From Octopus bimaculoides (lineage: Eukaryota), in the NCBI RefSeq assembly GCF_001194135.2, contig NC_068985.1:49265656-49329655 (forward strand): a stretch of 64,000 nucleotides of DNA. Reading direction: 5' to 3'. The notes beneath the pieces are model-generated. The model did no database searches. It saw only the letters and a list, made by a program, of their open reading frames with translations, and was not told where the DNA came from. Both the position numbers and the translations under genes were made by a program. Numbering within the stretch: position 1 is the first letter of the stretch; each line of letters begins with the position of its first letter. Shown here in pieces: positions 41,502-56,100 of this stretch.

Positions 41502-42378
41502 ATATACAGGGTGCAATGAATATATTGTCTAAATTATGCAAAAATGAAAATAACACTGACATATCATTTTAGTAGATATATTTACCAAAATTGCATAAAA
41601 ATATCTTAAAATACTAAAGAGTAAATTTATTCAATAAAATCGCCATTGGTTTCAACCATGGCCTCCAGATGACTTCAGGATCTCCTACAACTCTTGTGGA
41701 CAGTCTCTTTGTTTAAGTTGGTGAATGCTGCCATAATCCTTGCCTTCAGTTAATCTTTAGAGTTACAACAAGTTTTGTTGGTCTCTTGCTCAACTGCAAC
41801 CCACACATAATAATCAAGGGGGTTGCAGTCTGGAGAGTTAGGTGACCAGATGTTAGGGGTGATGTGGTTGCAGAAATTATCTGACAGCTATGACTGGGAT
41901 CTCCTGCAAGTGTGGCATGGTGCAGAATCCTGTTGTCAGACATAGGATCTTCCAGCAGCCACTCTCTTGACCCAGGGTAGCACTACCACCTCCAGAGACT
42001 TGATGTAGCCCTCCATGTTGAGTGTGAGGCTGTGTGGGAAGATGAATGGAGGCATAACATTGCCATCACTAGTGATCACTCAAAACAACATGATGTTGAT
42101 GGGATGTTTGATTTTTATCACTCTCGGAACATGCACTGTCCTCAGACTGACGCTCAAACATTCCGAAATGTTCATATTGGAGCTTCCAGCGCTAATGCCA
42201 AGCAGTACAGCATGTCATTTCCAAATTTCTGGCAGAGTGAATTGCATTATGGTGCTGTTTTTCTCACAGATGGTGCCCAACTGACTCTACTATACTGTGT
42301 AGTTGACAAAATCAAAAACAAACAATGTGCATAAGCAAAATTGAAAATATAAAATGGCGACAATTTACCCATCGCACA

Positions 42379-42424
<46 letters not shown>

Positions 42425-42930
42425 CATAAATAATATAAACAGCACAGAATTTTGTCAGTGACCAGGTTGCAGTCTCAAAGTGACGNNNNNNNNNNNNNNN
42501 NNNNNNNNNNNNNNNNNNNNNNNNNNNNNNNNNNNNNNNNNNNNNNNNNNNNNNNNNNNNNNNNNNNNNNNNNNNNNNNNNNNNNNNNNNNNNNNNNNNN
42601 NNNNNNNNNNNNNNNNNNNNNNNNNNNNNNNNNNNNNNNNNNNNNNNNNNNNNNNNNNNNNNNNNNNNNNNNNNNNNNNNNNNNNNNNNNNNNNNNNNNN
42701 NNNNNNNNNNNNNNNNNNNNNNNNNNNNNNNNNNNNNNNNNNNNNNNNNNNNNNNNNNNNNNNNNNNNNNNNNNNNNNNNNNNNNNNNNNNNNNNNNNNN
42801 NNNNNNNNNNNNNNNNNNNNNNNNNNNNNNNNNNNNNNNNNNNNNNNNNNNNNNNNNNNNNNNNNNNNNNNNNNNNNNNNNNNNNNNNNNNNNNNNNNNN
42901 NNNNNNNNNNNNNNNNNNNNNNNNNNNNNN

Positions 42931-42995
<65 letters not shown>

Positions 42996-44312
42996 GAGTA
43001 CAGGACGTCACCAACTGTAAACAACATGAAGTACGAAAACAATCCAGTTAAATATGCAAACAAAGAAAAAATTGAAAACAGGACAAATAACACACATATA
43101 TATATGAATGTCCAATTTATAGGAAAGATCCAAAGGAACAATTACAAGGTAGCCAGATGAAATTATAGCCACGGTGATGAGAAATAATTATCTTTGTGAA
43201 TGATCTGATCCATCGTGGAAGGGGAGACAACCTGAAGAATTTAAGTTACTGACATGTCTGTTTTGCGGAATTTTTCAAATGTTAATCAACCATATTATTG
43301 TTGTTGTGGTATTGCTTATTTTGTCAATCTTGGAAGGATGAAAGGCAAAATCAATCTAGGTAAGATTTAACCAAACACCACATGGTACTTTTACTTATTC
43401 TCACACCTACTAGCTCACATGGTTTTTAAATATATGAAAACATAATGCATGTGTGGAATAAGCTTAGACATAGGCATAGTATAGACACAGGCATGGCATA
43501 GATGCAGGCATGGCCATGCAGTTAAGAATCTTCCCAACTATATGATACTGGGTTCAACCCAACTGCATGACATTTTAGGCAAGTCTCTTCTACTATAGCC
43601 TCGGGCCAACCAAATGGATTTGGTAGACAAAATCTAAAAGCCCACTGTATAAATGTGTGTGTGTACCGTTGTCTTGACATCATGATGAATGTAAAGGAAC
43701 GTCACTGTCATACAAGTGGTGTTGTTCATTTCCAGTCTTCCATGAAAACCATATCTGGCCAAGGGGAAATATTACCTTGCTTGGAAACAGGTGAGGATTG
43801 GCAACAGGAAGGGAGGGCATCCAGAAATAGATAATCTGACCCATACAAGCATAGAAAAGTGGATATGATGATGATGATGATGATGACAACAATGATGATG
43901 ATGATGGTGGGTGTACCTTAGCTTATACCTATCACAAAAGCATCTCGTTCAGCAAACACTTCATGATGGAGTGCCAAGTCTTCCTAGAAGACACCAATAA
44001 AATTGCAGAGCAGACAGATTGATTGAACAAATCAAGCAGTAATATACCTGTGGTGTGTCTATTGACAACATGACACAATTTCACTATGAGAATGGATTAT
44101 ATCTTGACCAATAAATAGAAAGAGCGATTTGATGTATTTCTGGTATATTTGCACAAAACACTGAATGAAGTATATAGAAGCTCCACACAAGCACACACAC
44201 ACACACACACACATACACACACACATACACACATACATACATACATACATACATACATACACACATACACACAATAATGGTGGCTATGCTGATGACAATA
44301 GTGTCAAAGACT

Positions 44313-44344
<32 letters not shown>

Positions 44345-45013
44345 AGTGGTGATGGAGAGGATACTTAGGATGATGACTGATAAAGATGGGGATGCTGTTG
44401 CTGCTGCTGGTGACGATGAAGAGGAGGATGGGATGGTGATAACACTGATGGTGCTGAGGATGATGATGATGATGATTATGATTGTGATGTGTCCATAGAA
44501 AACGTGCTTGTAAATATTATTAATAATTGCACAGCAAGCTCCAAAATGAAATAAATATTACCATTTATACAGTAACAACATAGAAAAGATTTGAGTCATA
44601 AAAATATTATATTGAAAAGTGAAGGTATTAAACGTATGAGAGAGAGAGAGGGAGGGAGAGAGAGTAAGGAAGGAGAGATAAGAAGTGAGAGAAATAAGAG
44701 AAAGGCACAGAAAGATAGGGGAGACTATTGAAACGAGAGAGAGAGAGAGAGAATTAAATGGATAGAGCAATAAAGAATTACACAGGTAGATAGATAGTTC
44801 GATTAATAGACAGGCAGATAAGTAGGTATGTAGATAAATTGACAGACAGATAGACATGTAGGAAAAGATAGATTGATTCATGTGGAGAAAGAGATTAAAT
44901 AGACGAATAAATACAAGGAAAGAAAATAAAACAGAAAAAAAATTAAGAGGTTATGAGCAATAAGAGATGAAAATATAGAGTGAGGCTGACAGTGACAAAA
45001 CTATATATATATT

Positions 45014-45053
<40 letters not shown>

Positions 45054-45061
45054 CATGTGTG

Positions 45062-45120
<59 letters not shown>

Positions 45121-47485
45121 CATACACAAGCATATACAAACATACACACATACATACAAACACACACATACAAACACACACACACACACACACACAGATA
45201 TATATTAGACAAAGACAAAGAGTGGTCTGTATTAAAGATAGATTAATTGTTCAGAGAAAACAGGAATCTCTTTTCCCATGAGATGGACTCCACTACTAAT
45301 CACTGGGTACTGACACTAAATAATACTGAAATATTTCAATTTAGTATTGATTTCTCTCAATATTCTATATTGAGAGAACGCAAACACACATTCATACACA
45401 CGCGCACATACACATACACATGTTTATGAGAGTCTACTAAAGTGCTCAAATTTTCAAATCATTTCTATTTACTGACAAAATAACAGGAATAAACCAAAGT
45501 AAAAGATAAGGATGATGATGATGATGATGGTGGTGACAATGATGACGGCGACAACGATGGTGATCATCATCATCGTTGGTGGTGGTGGTGGTGGTGGTGG
45601 TGTTGATGATGACGGATGGTAGCTAGATGGCAGAATCGTTAGCACACAGGGTCAAATGCTTAGCAGCATTTCGTCCTTCTTTATGTTCTGAGTTCAAATT
45701 CTGCTGAGGCTGACATTGCCTTTCATCTTTTCAGGGTCAATAAAATAAGTACCAGTTGAATACTGGGGTAGATGTAATCAACTATTACCCCAAATTTCAG
45801 ACCTTGTATCTATAGCAGAAAAGGAATAATACACCAGACAAAAGGCCTTGTGGTAGTTAGTTGTGTACCTTCATGTTTTGAGTGGACCTTCTGAGGTTGA
45901 GTTTTTGTTATTGTTGCTGTTGATTAGCTCCAGATCAGCTCTGATTGAGCATGGATCTCTAACCAAAAGTACTCCAATTTTGACTTTTCCAGCTTTTATT
46001 CTGACTACATTATCCACTGTGCCCTTCATCGTAAGATATTAGGGTGTAATTTGAGGTGAAGTGAGCCATGCACCTTTAGTGTATGCCTAGAGAAGAGAGA
46101 GAGAGAGGGTGAAGAATTAGTTCTCTCCATGCCACGAAACACATAAGGCTGCAACATGATCTGTCCAAGGAACTGTTTTCTGCCATTGTTCTGGTCTCAG
46201 TCCAGTTTCTCCGCCCATCTCTTCTCCTTTCCTTGTCAGTGGTCCTTCACCATGTGGTTTTAGAGCACCCTGCAGCTCTTTTCTCCTCAGGTTTCCACAT
46301 TGGTGTCACTATACAATCACTTTCTCAATCTTGTCTGAGGATATGTCCAATCCAAATCCTGTGTCTTATTTTGTCATTAATCCTGTTGATGTCCAGTTGA
46401 GATGAGGATGGGGGAAGAGTGGCTGGAAATTCTTCTGATAATATTTCTACCCAATCAGAGCTGACCTAGGGTGAACAACAAAGTCACTTCATAGAAACAG
46501 CAGCGGCTAATCAAAGAACAACAAAGCAACAAGAATAAATATAAATTAAATTTCTTTCATTTTCATTATTACATTCTTCTTAACTTCCATTAATTTGGAA
46601 GGTGAAATCCCAGTAGCTAAAATCCCTGTTTTTTTAAATTTTTTTTATGAAGCAAAAAAAGAGGGTTAATATTTATTTTATTTTATTCTATTTTAGAAGT
46701 TTAGGTTTTGGAGGAAAATTGTACATTTGCCAAATTCTTTCCCAGATAAAATGTAAAAACTTCATCAAAATGAAGCTAAAGACATTGGGAAAAGATCAAA
46801 GTAAACTACGTAACGTTGTTGATGCTAAATTTCCTGTTAGTTGTTCAATGATGATGATGATGATGATGGCAAGGATGAGATTCGTGGTAGTGATGATGAT
46901 GAGAAACCTTTTAATTGCCAAATGTGCTCCATAATTATAAAAATAAGGAATATTAAAAAAAAAAATAAGTACAAGATAAACACTCAAATATACACATAAG
47001 TATATTCTCTGCTTGAATAGAAATGTGTGTGTATGTGTGTGCACATGCATGCATATATGTGTGTGTGTGTATGTGTGTAGTAAATATTAGAAACAGCAAT
47101 TTGAGTTCAAAAGGCATGCACATGCATACACACATGCATTAAATGGGAAATTATGTAATTGTGTGTGTGTGTATATAATTGCATGTATGAATCCTAAATA
47201 ATTTATGAGTTGGTGCTCCCAAAGGATAGGATGATGATGATGATGATAATAATAATTACAATAATAATAATAATAATTTTCTAGATTCTAACATGAGATT
47301 TTATTTATGTACTAAGATTTTATTTTTACTTTTGTTATGTAAAGTTTAGTGTGGAATAAGAAAGATGAGGAAGTGGATTTTTTTCATTTATTCATACCCA
47401 ATATATACTTTCAAATATATGGCAGGAAAGTTATATTTCTGTTTAAAAAGGTCTTATGTTTCATTCATACACACAAGTACACATA

Positions 47486-47518
<33 letters not shown>

Positions 47519-50500
47519 TAGTGCTTGTTTTTATGTTCAATTTTACATTAATTTGATGGGTTACTCTATACTTTTGTAGTGTACAAATTTATTATTCTTA
47601 TGCAAGAATGTTGTTGACAGTGACTTCGAAGGGTTCGCCAGCTAACTCATCATCAGACAATGGGTTAGCTGGTCGAAACTTCGAAGTCACTGTCAACAAC
47701 ATTCTTATGTAAGTAACCATGTGAGTGGATTTGGTAGACGGAAACTGAGAGAAGCCCCGTCGTATATATGTATATATATATAAATATATGTATGTGTGTG
47801 TATATGTTTGTGTGTCTGTGTTTGTCCCCCCCAACATCGCTTGACAACCGATGCTGGTGTGTTTACATCCCCGTAACTTAGCGGTTCGGCAAAAGAGACC
47901 GATAGAATAAGTACTAGGCTTACAAAGAATAAGTCCTGGGGTCGATTTGCTCGACTAAAGGTGGTGCTCCAGCATGGCCACAGTTAAATGACTGAAACAA
48001 ATAAGAGAAAAAAAAGAGTANNNNNNNNNNNNNNNNNNNNNNNNNNNNNNNNNNNNNNNNNNNNNNATATATATATATATATATATATATAATGTGGCAC
48101 GGAAAAGCACCCACTACAGTCTCGGAGTGGTTGATGTTAGGAAGGGCATCCAGCAGTAGAAACTTTGCCAGGTCAGACTGGAGCCTGGTGCAGCCTTCTG
48201 GCTCACCAGTCCTCAGTCAAACCGTCCAACCCATGCCAGCATGGAAAGCGGACGTTAAATGACAATGATGATGATGATGATGATAATATATATATATATA
48301 TATATATATAGCAAACAACTTACAGATGCAAGTGCTACCAGTTGAAGGCTCTGCATACTGGATACTAGCAAGCTTATGAGGTCATCAGGATATTGCATAT
48401 CACCCCCACCCTCACTGAAATCATGCCCTGCTTGCTAGACCCACTGGTTACTAGGTTTCACTCAATATTTTTCAAACCATTGCTCATTGTCTCCAGTGAC
48501 TTGCCTTCTCCACTGTAGTCTGAATATCACTCATGATGGTATTTGCTTCATAATGAGTTAGGCCTAGTAAGTAACAACAGTTACCTTACACTGTGTTCAG
48601 TGAATCCTCTACTCTTAGAAACACACGCAATCATCCTAGACCATTGTTTGAAAATGGTTGATTGGTAAAGTATCTTTCAGCAACATATTTCAATACTTCT
48701 TTTTATCTCTTTTGTTCTCTAATAATTCAACAGCCTTCCTGCACATATTGCTGTTGTTATAGTTATAGTGTGGAACTAGTGTTGTTTACCCTCAATTCAG
48801 CACTCATCAGGCAGACCAATAATTCTAGGCATGACCTAGGATTTTAAATATAGTAAGGATTTTAGATATAGTAAGTCCAAGACTACATTATCTAGTGTAA
48901 GCAATAACATTATCTCAATGTAGGTGATAGCACCCCTAAGGGGGCACTGGGCATGTTAAAAGGGGTGTTAGGCTTTAGGGGGGCCTAAATTTTACTTATA
49001 ATAGTAATTATATAATACATGATAAAACAAATAATGGTTATAAAAATAAATGAGATCTCCTCAGGCACAATGAAACCATTAACTTGCAATGTATTAAGTA
49101 AATTAACAACTTTTGTCTTTATTAACTTTTGGTTATATTTACTTTTTTATCATTTCACTGTTAAAAGCTTACACAATCCATTTTTAGAGCAAAATTTATA
49201 AATTGTAATCCATGTTAAATTAATTTAGTCATGATACTTAACTTGCCACTTAGGTGGGTGTTGTGCATAATTCCTACTTAAAAGATGATACTAGGCATAA
49301 CAACTACTTAAAAGGGGAGCACTAAAAAAAACAAAAAAACTAAGAACCAGCAATCTAATGTAATTTTTCTTTTAAGATGGTAAGGTGTGATTTGATGTGG
49401 AGGCGCAATGGCCCAGTGGTTAGGGCAGCGGACTCGCAGTCTTAGGATCGTAGTCTTAGGATCGTAGTTTCGATTCCCAGATTGGGTGTTGTGTGTTTAT
49501 TGAGCGAAAACACCTAAGCTCCACGAGACTCCGGCAGGGGGTGGTGGCGATCCCTGTTGTACTCTTTCATCCCAACTTTCTCTCACTCTTTCTTCCAGTT
49601 TCTTGAGTAACGCTGCGATGGACTAGCATCCCATCCAGCTGGGAGGAACACATGCGCCATAGAAACCGGGAAACCGGGCCCATGAGCCTGGCTAGGCTTT
49701 GAAAGGGCGTAAAGTAAAGAAAAGAAAAGGTGTGATTTGAGGGAAATTTGGCTTCTACATGTGTTAATCTAAAAATTTCATCCTGACACCAAACTTGTTG
49801 ACCTTTTCAACCTGGTTAGAAATGTTGATGTACAAAGGTTATTAGCATTGCATTTCCTTTCTTCTTCTGATTAAATACAAATAAAAGAAACATTGGCAAC
49901 ATATTGTTTGGAGACCATGGCTAGAATATCATCAGAAGAGAATACTTTAGCGTTTAGATAACTCTGTCAAATGTAAAACTTATTTATTCACCTTTGTTTT
50001 TGAATTAATCATGTATCATCTCATAGCTTCAAGCTTTCGATGATGTGATTATTTTTAGAATGACATTGCAGGGTAGGTGTGAGAGAGTGGATCTGGCGGG
50101 TTTGAACATAAAAGAAAGTAGAATATTTGGACCAGATATGGGTGGTTTAAATGCTAAGGGGTCAAGGGGCCAAAGATATCTCTATTTTTGGCCATCACTT
50201 AAAACATAAATGTGACTATGCAGTTAAGAAGTTTGCTCAGCAAACACATTGCTCTAGGTTTGATCTCAAATGTGTAGTAGGAAAAGGAAACACTTTTTAA
50301 AGGGAATTCCTTGGCATGTTTGTTCAGCACTGAGTCACAGATATTTTATCACTCTCTTGACTCTGTGACAATTCAACAACTAGTTGTCACATAAAATATT
50401 ATTGACAAAATATATAACATTTAGTCTTGTCTGTGCTTGGTCAATGGTTAAATTCTAAAGTTCCGTAGCCTGATTATATTTCTTAGCTGTAGCTATTTTC

Positions 50501-53077
50501 CCTCACTTACATGTTGTTTGTGAAATACTTGAACATCACAACGTCTCCTTTTTTAAAAGTCATAATCACTGTATCAATGTAAGCTAATTATTTCATAGAT
50601 ATAAGGAGAAAATTAGTAAATTTAGACCTCACAACAATTAAACCTAAGATACATAAGCTCAGGAACAGGGGAAGTAAGGGGTGTGAGCACACCCCCTAGC
50701 ATTTTTTGAGGGGAAGTGGGAAATGCTTTGAACATCCTCCTGAAAAACTGGGTTTGCACTCTCTAAGCAAATTTCATTCTTGCACTTATGCTAAGATGCT
50801 GACATTGATGATGTTGGTGTTGCTTCTGATTGTGTTGATGATAATTTATGTTGATACTGATGATACAGTTACTGATGACAATGGTTAATGGCTATCATAG
50901 GGATGTTGGTTGCAATGATGTGATGATGCTTATGTTGATGCTAGTGATGATAATGATACTAATGTTGATAATGATGCTGATAAAAACAATAATGTTGATA
51001 ACGATTATTGATCATGAGGATATTAAGGACAATGATGATATTGCTGCTGATGATAATGAGGAGGAGGAGGAAGAGGCAGAGGACAGTGACAATGCATACT
51101 GAACAAACAGTCCAGGCTTTGAGTTTAGAATAGAATTTCTAAACATATATTTAAAAGGGGGGGGGGTGAAAGCTTACTGAGCCTAATTAACTTGATTTAT
51201 AAAAAGCAAAAATTAATTCAATAAACACTGCACAGCTATTCATAACCTGACTGTTTTTCTTTCTCAATTTTGTTGTTGCTGCTGGGTTTTTTTTATCATT
51301 CCTGCTGTGAGTGAACCCCAGTTTGAACTTTTAGTTATGGGTTTATAGTACTCTGTATAACCTACCTGTAAGTTACTAGGTTACAGGGTTCTTTAGTACA
51401 ATCCCTGCTCCCCTCCCTCGCCTTTTATTTTTTTAGATCTATTCATTCATGTACCAACAATAGTAGAAATTAACAATAAGAATATCTCTTGATTTAAAGA
51501 GACATTTAAAAATAGGTTTATCTGTTCTCAGTTTGTCCCCTTTTTTTTAATGCTTCCCATCAGGTAACTTTTGAGATGCATCCTGTAATCTAATGAAACT
51601 CTTAATAAAAATTATACAAAAATCTTTGTCTCTCTAAACAGTAAATAGCATTGTTAGATTCAGAGTCAGTTATTTGGTTACAGATAAAAACAGGAATTGT
51701 GATTTCTGATTCAGACATGGCAGTGTTGTTACAGAAGCTTGCTTTGCATCCATGTGGCATTTGGGTTCAGTCCCACCGTGTAACACCCTGGGCAACTGCT
51801 TTCAACTATAGCCCCAGCCTGGCCAATGCCTTGTGAGTGAATTTGGTAGACATGAACTGTGTTGAAGTCCATTGTATATGTGTTTGTGTGCTTGTGTGTT
51901 TTTCCGTTTGTCTCTCCCACTGCTTAACAACTGGTGTTATTTCATAGACATAAGGAGGAAATTAGTAAATTTAGACCTCACAACTTAGCAGTTTGGCAAA
52001 GGAGACAGAATAAGTACCAGACATAAAAATAACTACTAGGGTTGATGTTCGACTAGAGCAAAAAACAGCCACAGTCCAATGATTAAAACAAAACAACTAG
52101 AAATAAGATGCTGGTCTGTTTCAGATGAACTGCAGATGGAATAGCATCTTATCCATTGGCCATAAGTATACTTGATCATGGAAGGTCATGGTTACCATAG
52201 CAACAACACAGTTGTTAGAAAATCTAGATTGTTTTCTACAGTTCATTAATTACTATATAAAACTATTAAAGCCTTTAATTAAAGTGTGTTTTAAAAGATT
52301 CAGTTATGTTTAATTATTTCAAGTCCAAAAGATATTCTTCTTTGCACTGCTGTGCACAGATTTTTCTGACAGGACATGGTTGTGAATATCTGTACATATA
52401 TCAACATTGACATAATTCATATAGTTGATGCAGCATTTTTCAAGAGTGGTATCGACAGTAGTCGGAAGTGTTGTAATATTTTAAATTTAAATCTTACAAT
52501 AAGAACATTTGCCAAAATTTCTATTCCAAAGAGTAGCAGAAGTGTGCAAAGAGAGTGTGAAACCACACTTAAGACAGATTTCTTTCCAGAACTGATACTA
52601 AAATAAAACAAGGGTGTTGTGTATCCTAAAACATAGGGGGATTAGGTAGAAAGATCACAGAAATTTCTGAAAACACAGGTTTAATACCATGAGACCATGA
52701 TTAACTACTAGTTCTCAAAAGCATTTCATGGCTAAGAAAATATATAGGAACTATTCAACAATGACATTGCTTGCAACTAAGGGTAAGTTGGTATCAGCAC
52801 ACACCATACTTTCATTTATGAATTCCAGTATCCATGTAGTATGCAGCAGACACAGACACTCTCTCAGCTCTCCCACCCTGGACCCAGTAGTACACCCAAA
52901 ATGTGAGAGCTAGAGGGTGAGAGGGTTGCACAAGGACTGAAATGATTCTTCATTTATCAACTGCAAAAAGATGAAAAGCAAAGTTGACTTTGGCAAGGTT
53001 TGAACTCAAAATAGAGAGAGCCAGAATAAATATTGTAACACAATCTATCTGACACTAACAACTCTGCTACTTGACCA

Positions 53078-53168
<91 letters not shown>

Positions 53169-56100
53169 TGCACAATTCTTTTGAAATAAAGTGTTTCAGT
53201 CTAAGAAGGTTAAAAGTGATAATATAATGTCATTCATGTCTTGGAGATACAATAGCATTTCTTTTGTTTCCAAGATATACCAACCATTCCTCTTGTTCCT
53301 GGATCATGTAGTGATCATATTCAAAATACATTGTAACATAACTGACTTTGGCACAACATACATTCATCACTGATTGACATTCTGACAAGGAGACTTTACA
53401 GAATACGGACCAATACATAATTTCCTATTGATATGTAAAGTACATTTCTGTCAAGTCTATATTTAAACAGGTCTGGGGAGAAGGTCATGTAGAATGCTAA
53501 CTTGTTATGACTGTTTCTTGAGACATTCATCCTCAATGTTCTATATATTTTTCTGTGTACTTTCTATATATTTGCTTTTGATAGTATTGTATGTTACAGC
53601 TGTTGTATAGTTCCAGGTCAACATTGATGCAGGAGATATGACCAAAGTTATTCCAGCTTTGACAATCTAGTCTTTTTGATTTATATAGAAATATATTAGC
53701 CAATGTTTACATTACTTACTTAAGATGATGGTTAGTGAACTGAGGGAAATTTGGCAGCTATTTTTAGTCTATGAGTGACTCCATAGATATTTTCTCACTG
53801 TCCATTGTGCAATGTTTCTTCTGTGGATGTGTGCAGAAATTTGCTTGCACTCAAATTTTGTCTTTTGTTGTGAAGCATATGCACATCCATTTTTCTCCCT
53901 TGTGTGCTAGTTGTAAAGTATGTGGGGACATGCATAAGTGCATAGCCTAGAGAGAACATTGTTCTTGTGCATGTTTGGATAGATACATACATAGGCAGAG
54001 ACAAATGGAAACATTGTGGGCTCATTGAAAACATGACACAACAGAAAATTTTCAAGTACTACAATGCCCTCAGAGAGAGAGTGAGTGAGTTGAGTGAGTG
54101 CATGCGTGCATGTGAGTGAGTGTGTGCATGTGTATCATCATCATCACCATCATCATTTAACATCTGCTTTCCATGCTCTCATGGGTTGAATGGTTTGACT
54201 GAAGTCTGGAGAGCCAGCAGCTGCACCAGGCTCCAATCTGATCTGGCAATGTTTCTACAGTTGGACGCTCTTCCTAATGCCAACTGCTCCAAGAGTGAAG
54301 TGGGTGCTTTTTATGTTCCACTAGCACAGGAGCCAGTCAGGCAGGCCTGGCATCGATCATGTTTGGATAGTGCTTTTTATGTGCCACCAGCACAGGAGCC
54401 AGTCAGTGGGTGCTGGCATCAGCCACGTTCGGATGGTGCTTTTAACATGCCACCAGCACAGGAGCTAGTCAGTGGGTACTGTCATCAGCCACATTCGGAT
54501 GGTGCTTTTTACGTGCCACCAGCAAGGGGGCCAGTCAAGCGGTCCTGGCATCAGCGCGTAATTGCATTTAGGCATGTACAATGGTTTGTTACCCTGGACA
54601 GCCCAAATAAACTGATAGGAAGGGTATCCAGCAGAGAAATCCATGCCAAAAAGTAGAAAGAATCAAATAGGCCTAAAAGGAAGTCTGTAAGTCACAGTGC
54701 AGGCAACTGTCTAGGAGAGCAATAACTGAACAAGGAAAAAAAAAGAGATACAGGGCTGAAGGGACTTTATAGCATTGCCATAGACAACCCCTCTATTACC
54801 AGTAGCACAATAAAATGCACTCAGTCCGTGCAGTAAAAAAAGTTGATAAAAGGGAGAACATCTATTTGTAAAACTTGAACCCCGAAAGAGAAAGAAATGA
54901 AGAGACATGAAGTCTGTAGGCTACACAGTGCCCAAGAGGCCAGTAACTTTAAATAAAATTATACTGTGTAGAGGTGAAATCTTCATGTTTAGTGACACAA
55001 TAAAATGCATCCAGACCATGATGTAAAGTTGATTTTGCTAGGAATGAGATCTAGTCATATAATCTATGCCCTCGTGATACACAACAACAACATGTGGTCT
55101 TTTTGTTTTTTCTGTTGCTGTAGGTGCCAGATCATAAAGTAGCATGACAAGTGGTATAAGACATAGTGAAAACCATGAGGTATCTGACAATGATAATGAA
55201 TATGCTTTCATACCAGCACAGGCGTAGCTGTGTAACTAAGAAGCTTGCTTGGCAAGTGTCTTCTACAATAGCCTCCAGGTTGACCAAAGGCTCACGAGTA
55301 GATTTGGTAGACAGAAACTGATAGAAAGTTGTGTGTGTGAGAAAGAGAGAGTTTGTGTCTCTTTACCTTGATATATAATTGTTGTAAGCAAGTGGCACTA
55401 TCATACAGACAGTAACTTTTGTTTAGATCTCTCATGAAAACATATCCAGCCATGGGGCAATAATACCTTACTTGGAAACAGGTGAAGTTTGGCGACAATA
55501 TGGGCATCTGGTCATAAAAAATTGGCCTCAACATATTCTGTCCAACCCATATGAGCTTGGAAAAGTGGACATTAAACATATGATGATGTTGATGATGATG
55601 ATTTACAGGGTAACATACCTGTGTGTTTGTCAAGGCTTATAGTCTAGTGATTAAGGTGGTATGCTCATGACCATTAAGCTATGTGTTCATTCTCAGACTG
55701 GGCAGGGCATTGTGCCCTTGAGCAAGGTACTTTATTTTATACTGCTCCAGTACACTCAGCTGAAAATGAGTACCCGCAGAATCTAGGGACTGACTCTGTG
55801 ATGGATTAACACCCCATTAAGAAGGGTGTCCTGCACTCTCAACTGAAAACACCTTGAAAATTAAGATGAGCTTTGACCTGGTAGGCTTCAGGTAGGCTTA
55901 TATTTCTATGTGTTTGTGCACATGAGCATGTGTATGTGAGCGTACAGTGATCCCTCGACTATCATGGGTGTTATATTCTGAAACCCACTGCAAAGTAGAG
56001 ACAGTACTGTATATTTTTTTAATTATTTTTATAATTTGTACATATCTATTTTATTATAAATGCAAAACAATACCACAGAGGAATCGATGTAAGCTTAAAT

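Noticed and set aside
52498-52597. Possible 100-nt poison cassette exon (ttttattttag acceptor, ATT|gtaaga donor)
   Set aside because: Splice-like motifs are common in AT-rich introns; there is no protein similarity and no transcript evidence available.
54304-54555. CRISPR-like array
   Set aside because: The units are contiguous degenerate tandem repeats with no unique spacers, in a eukaryotic retroposon UTR with no cas genes.
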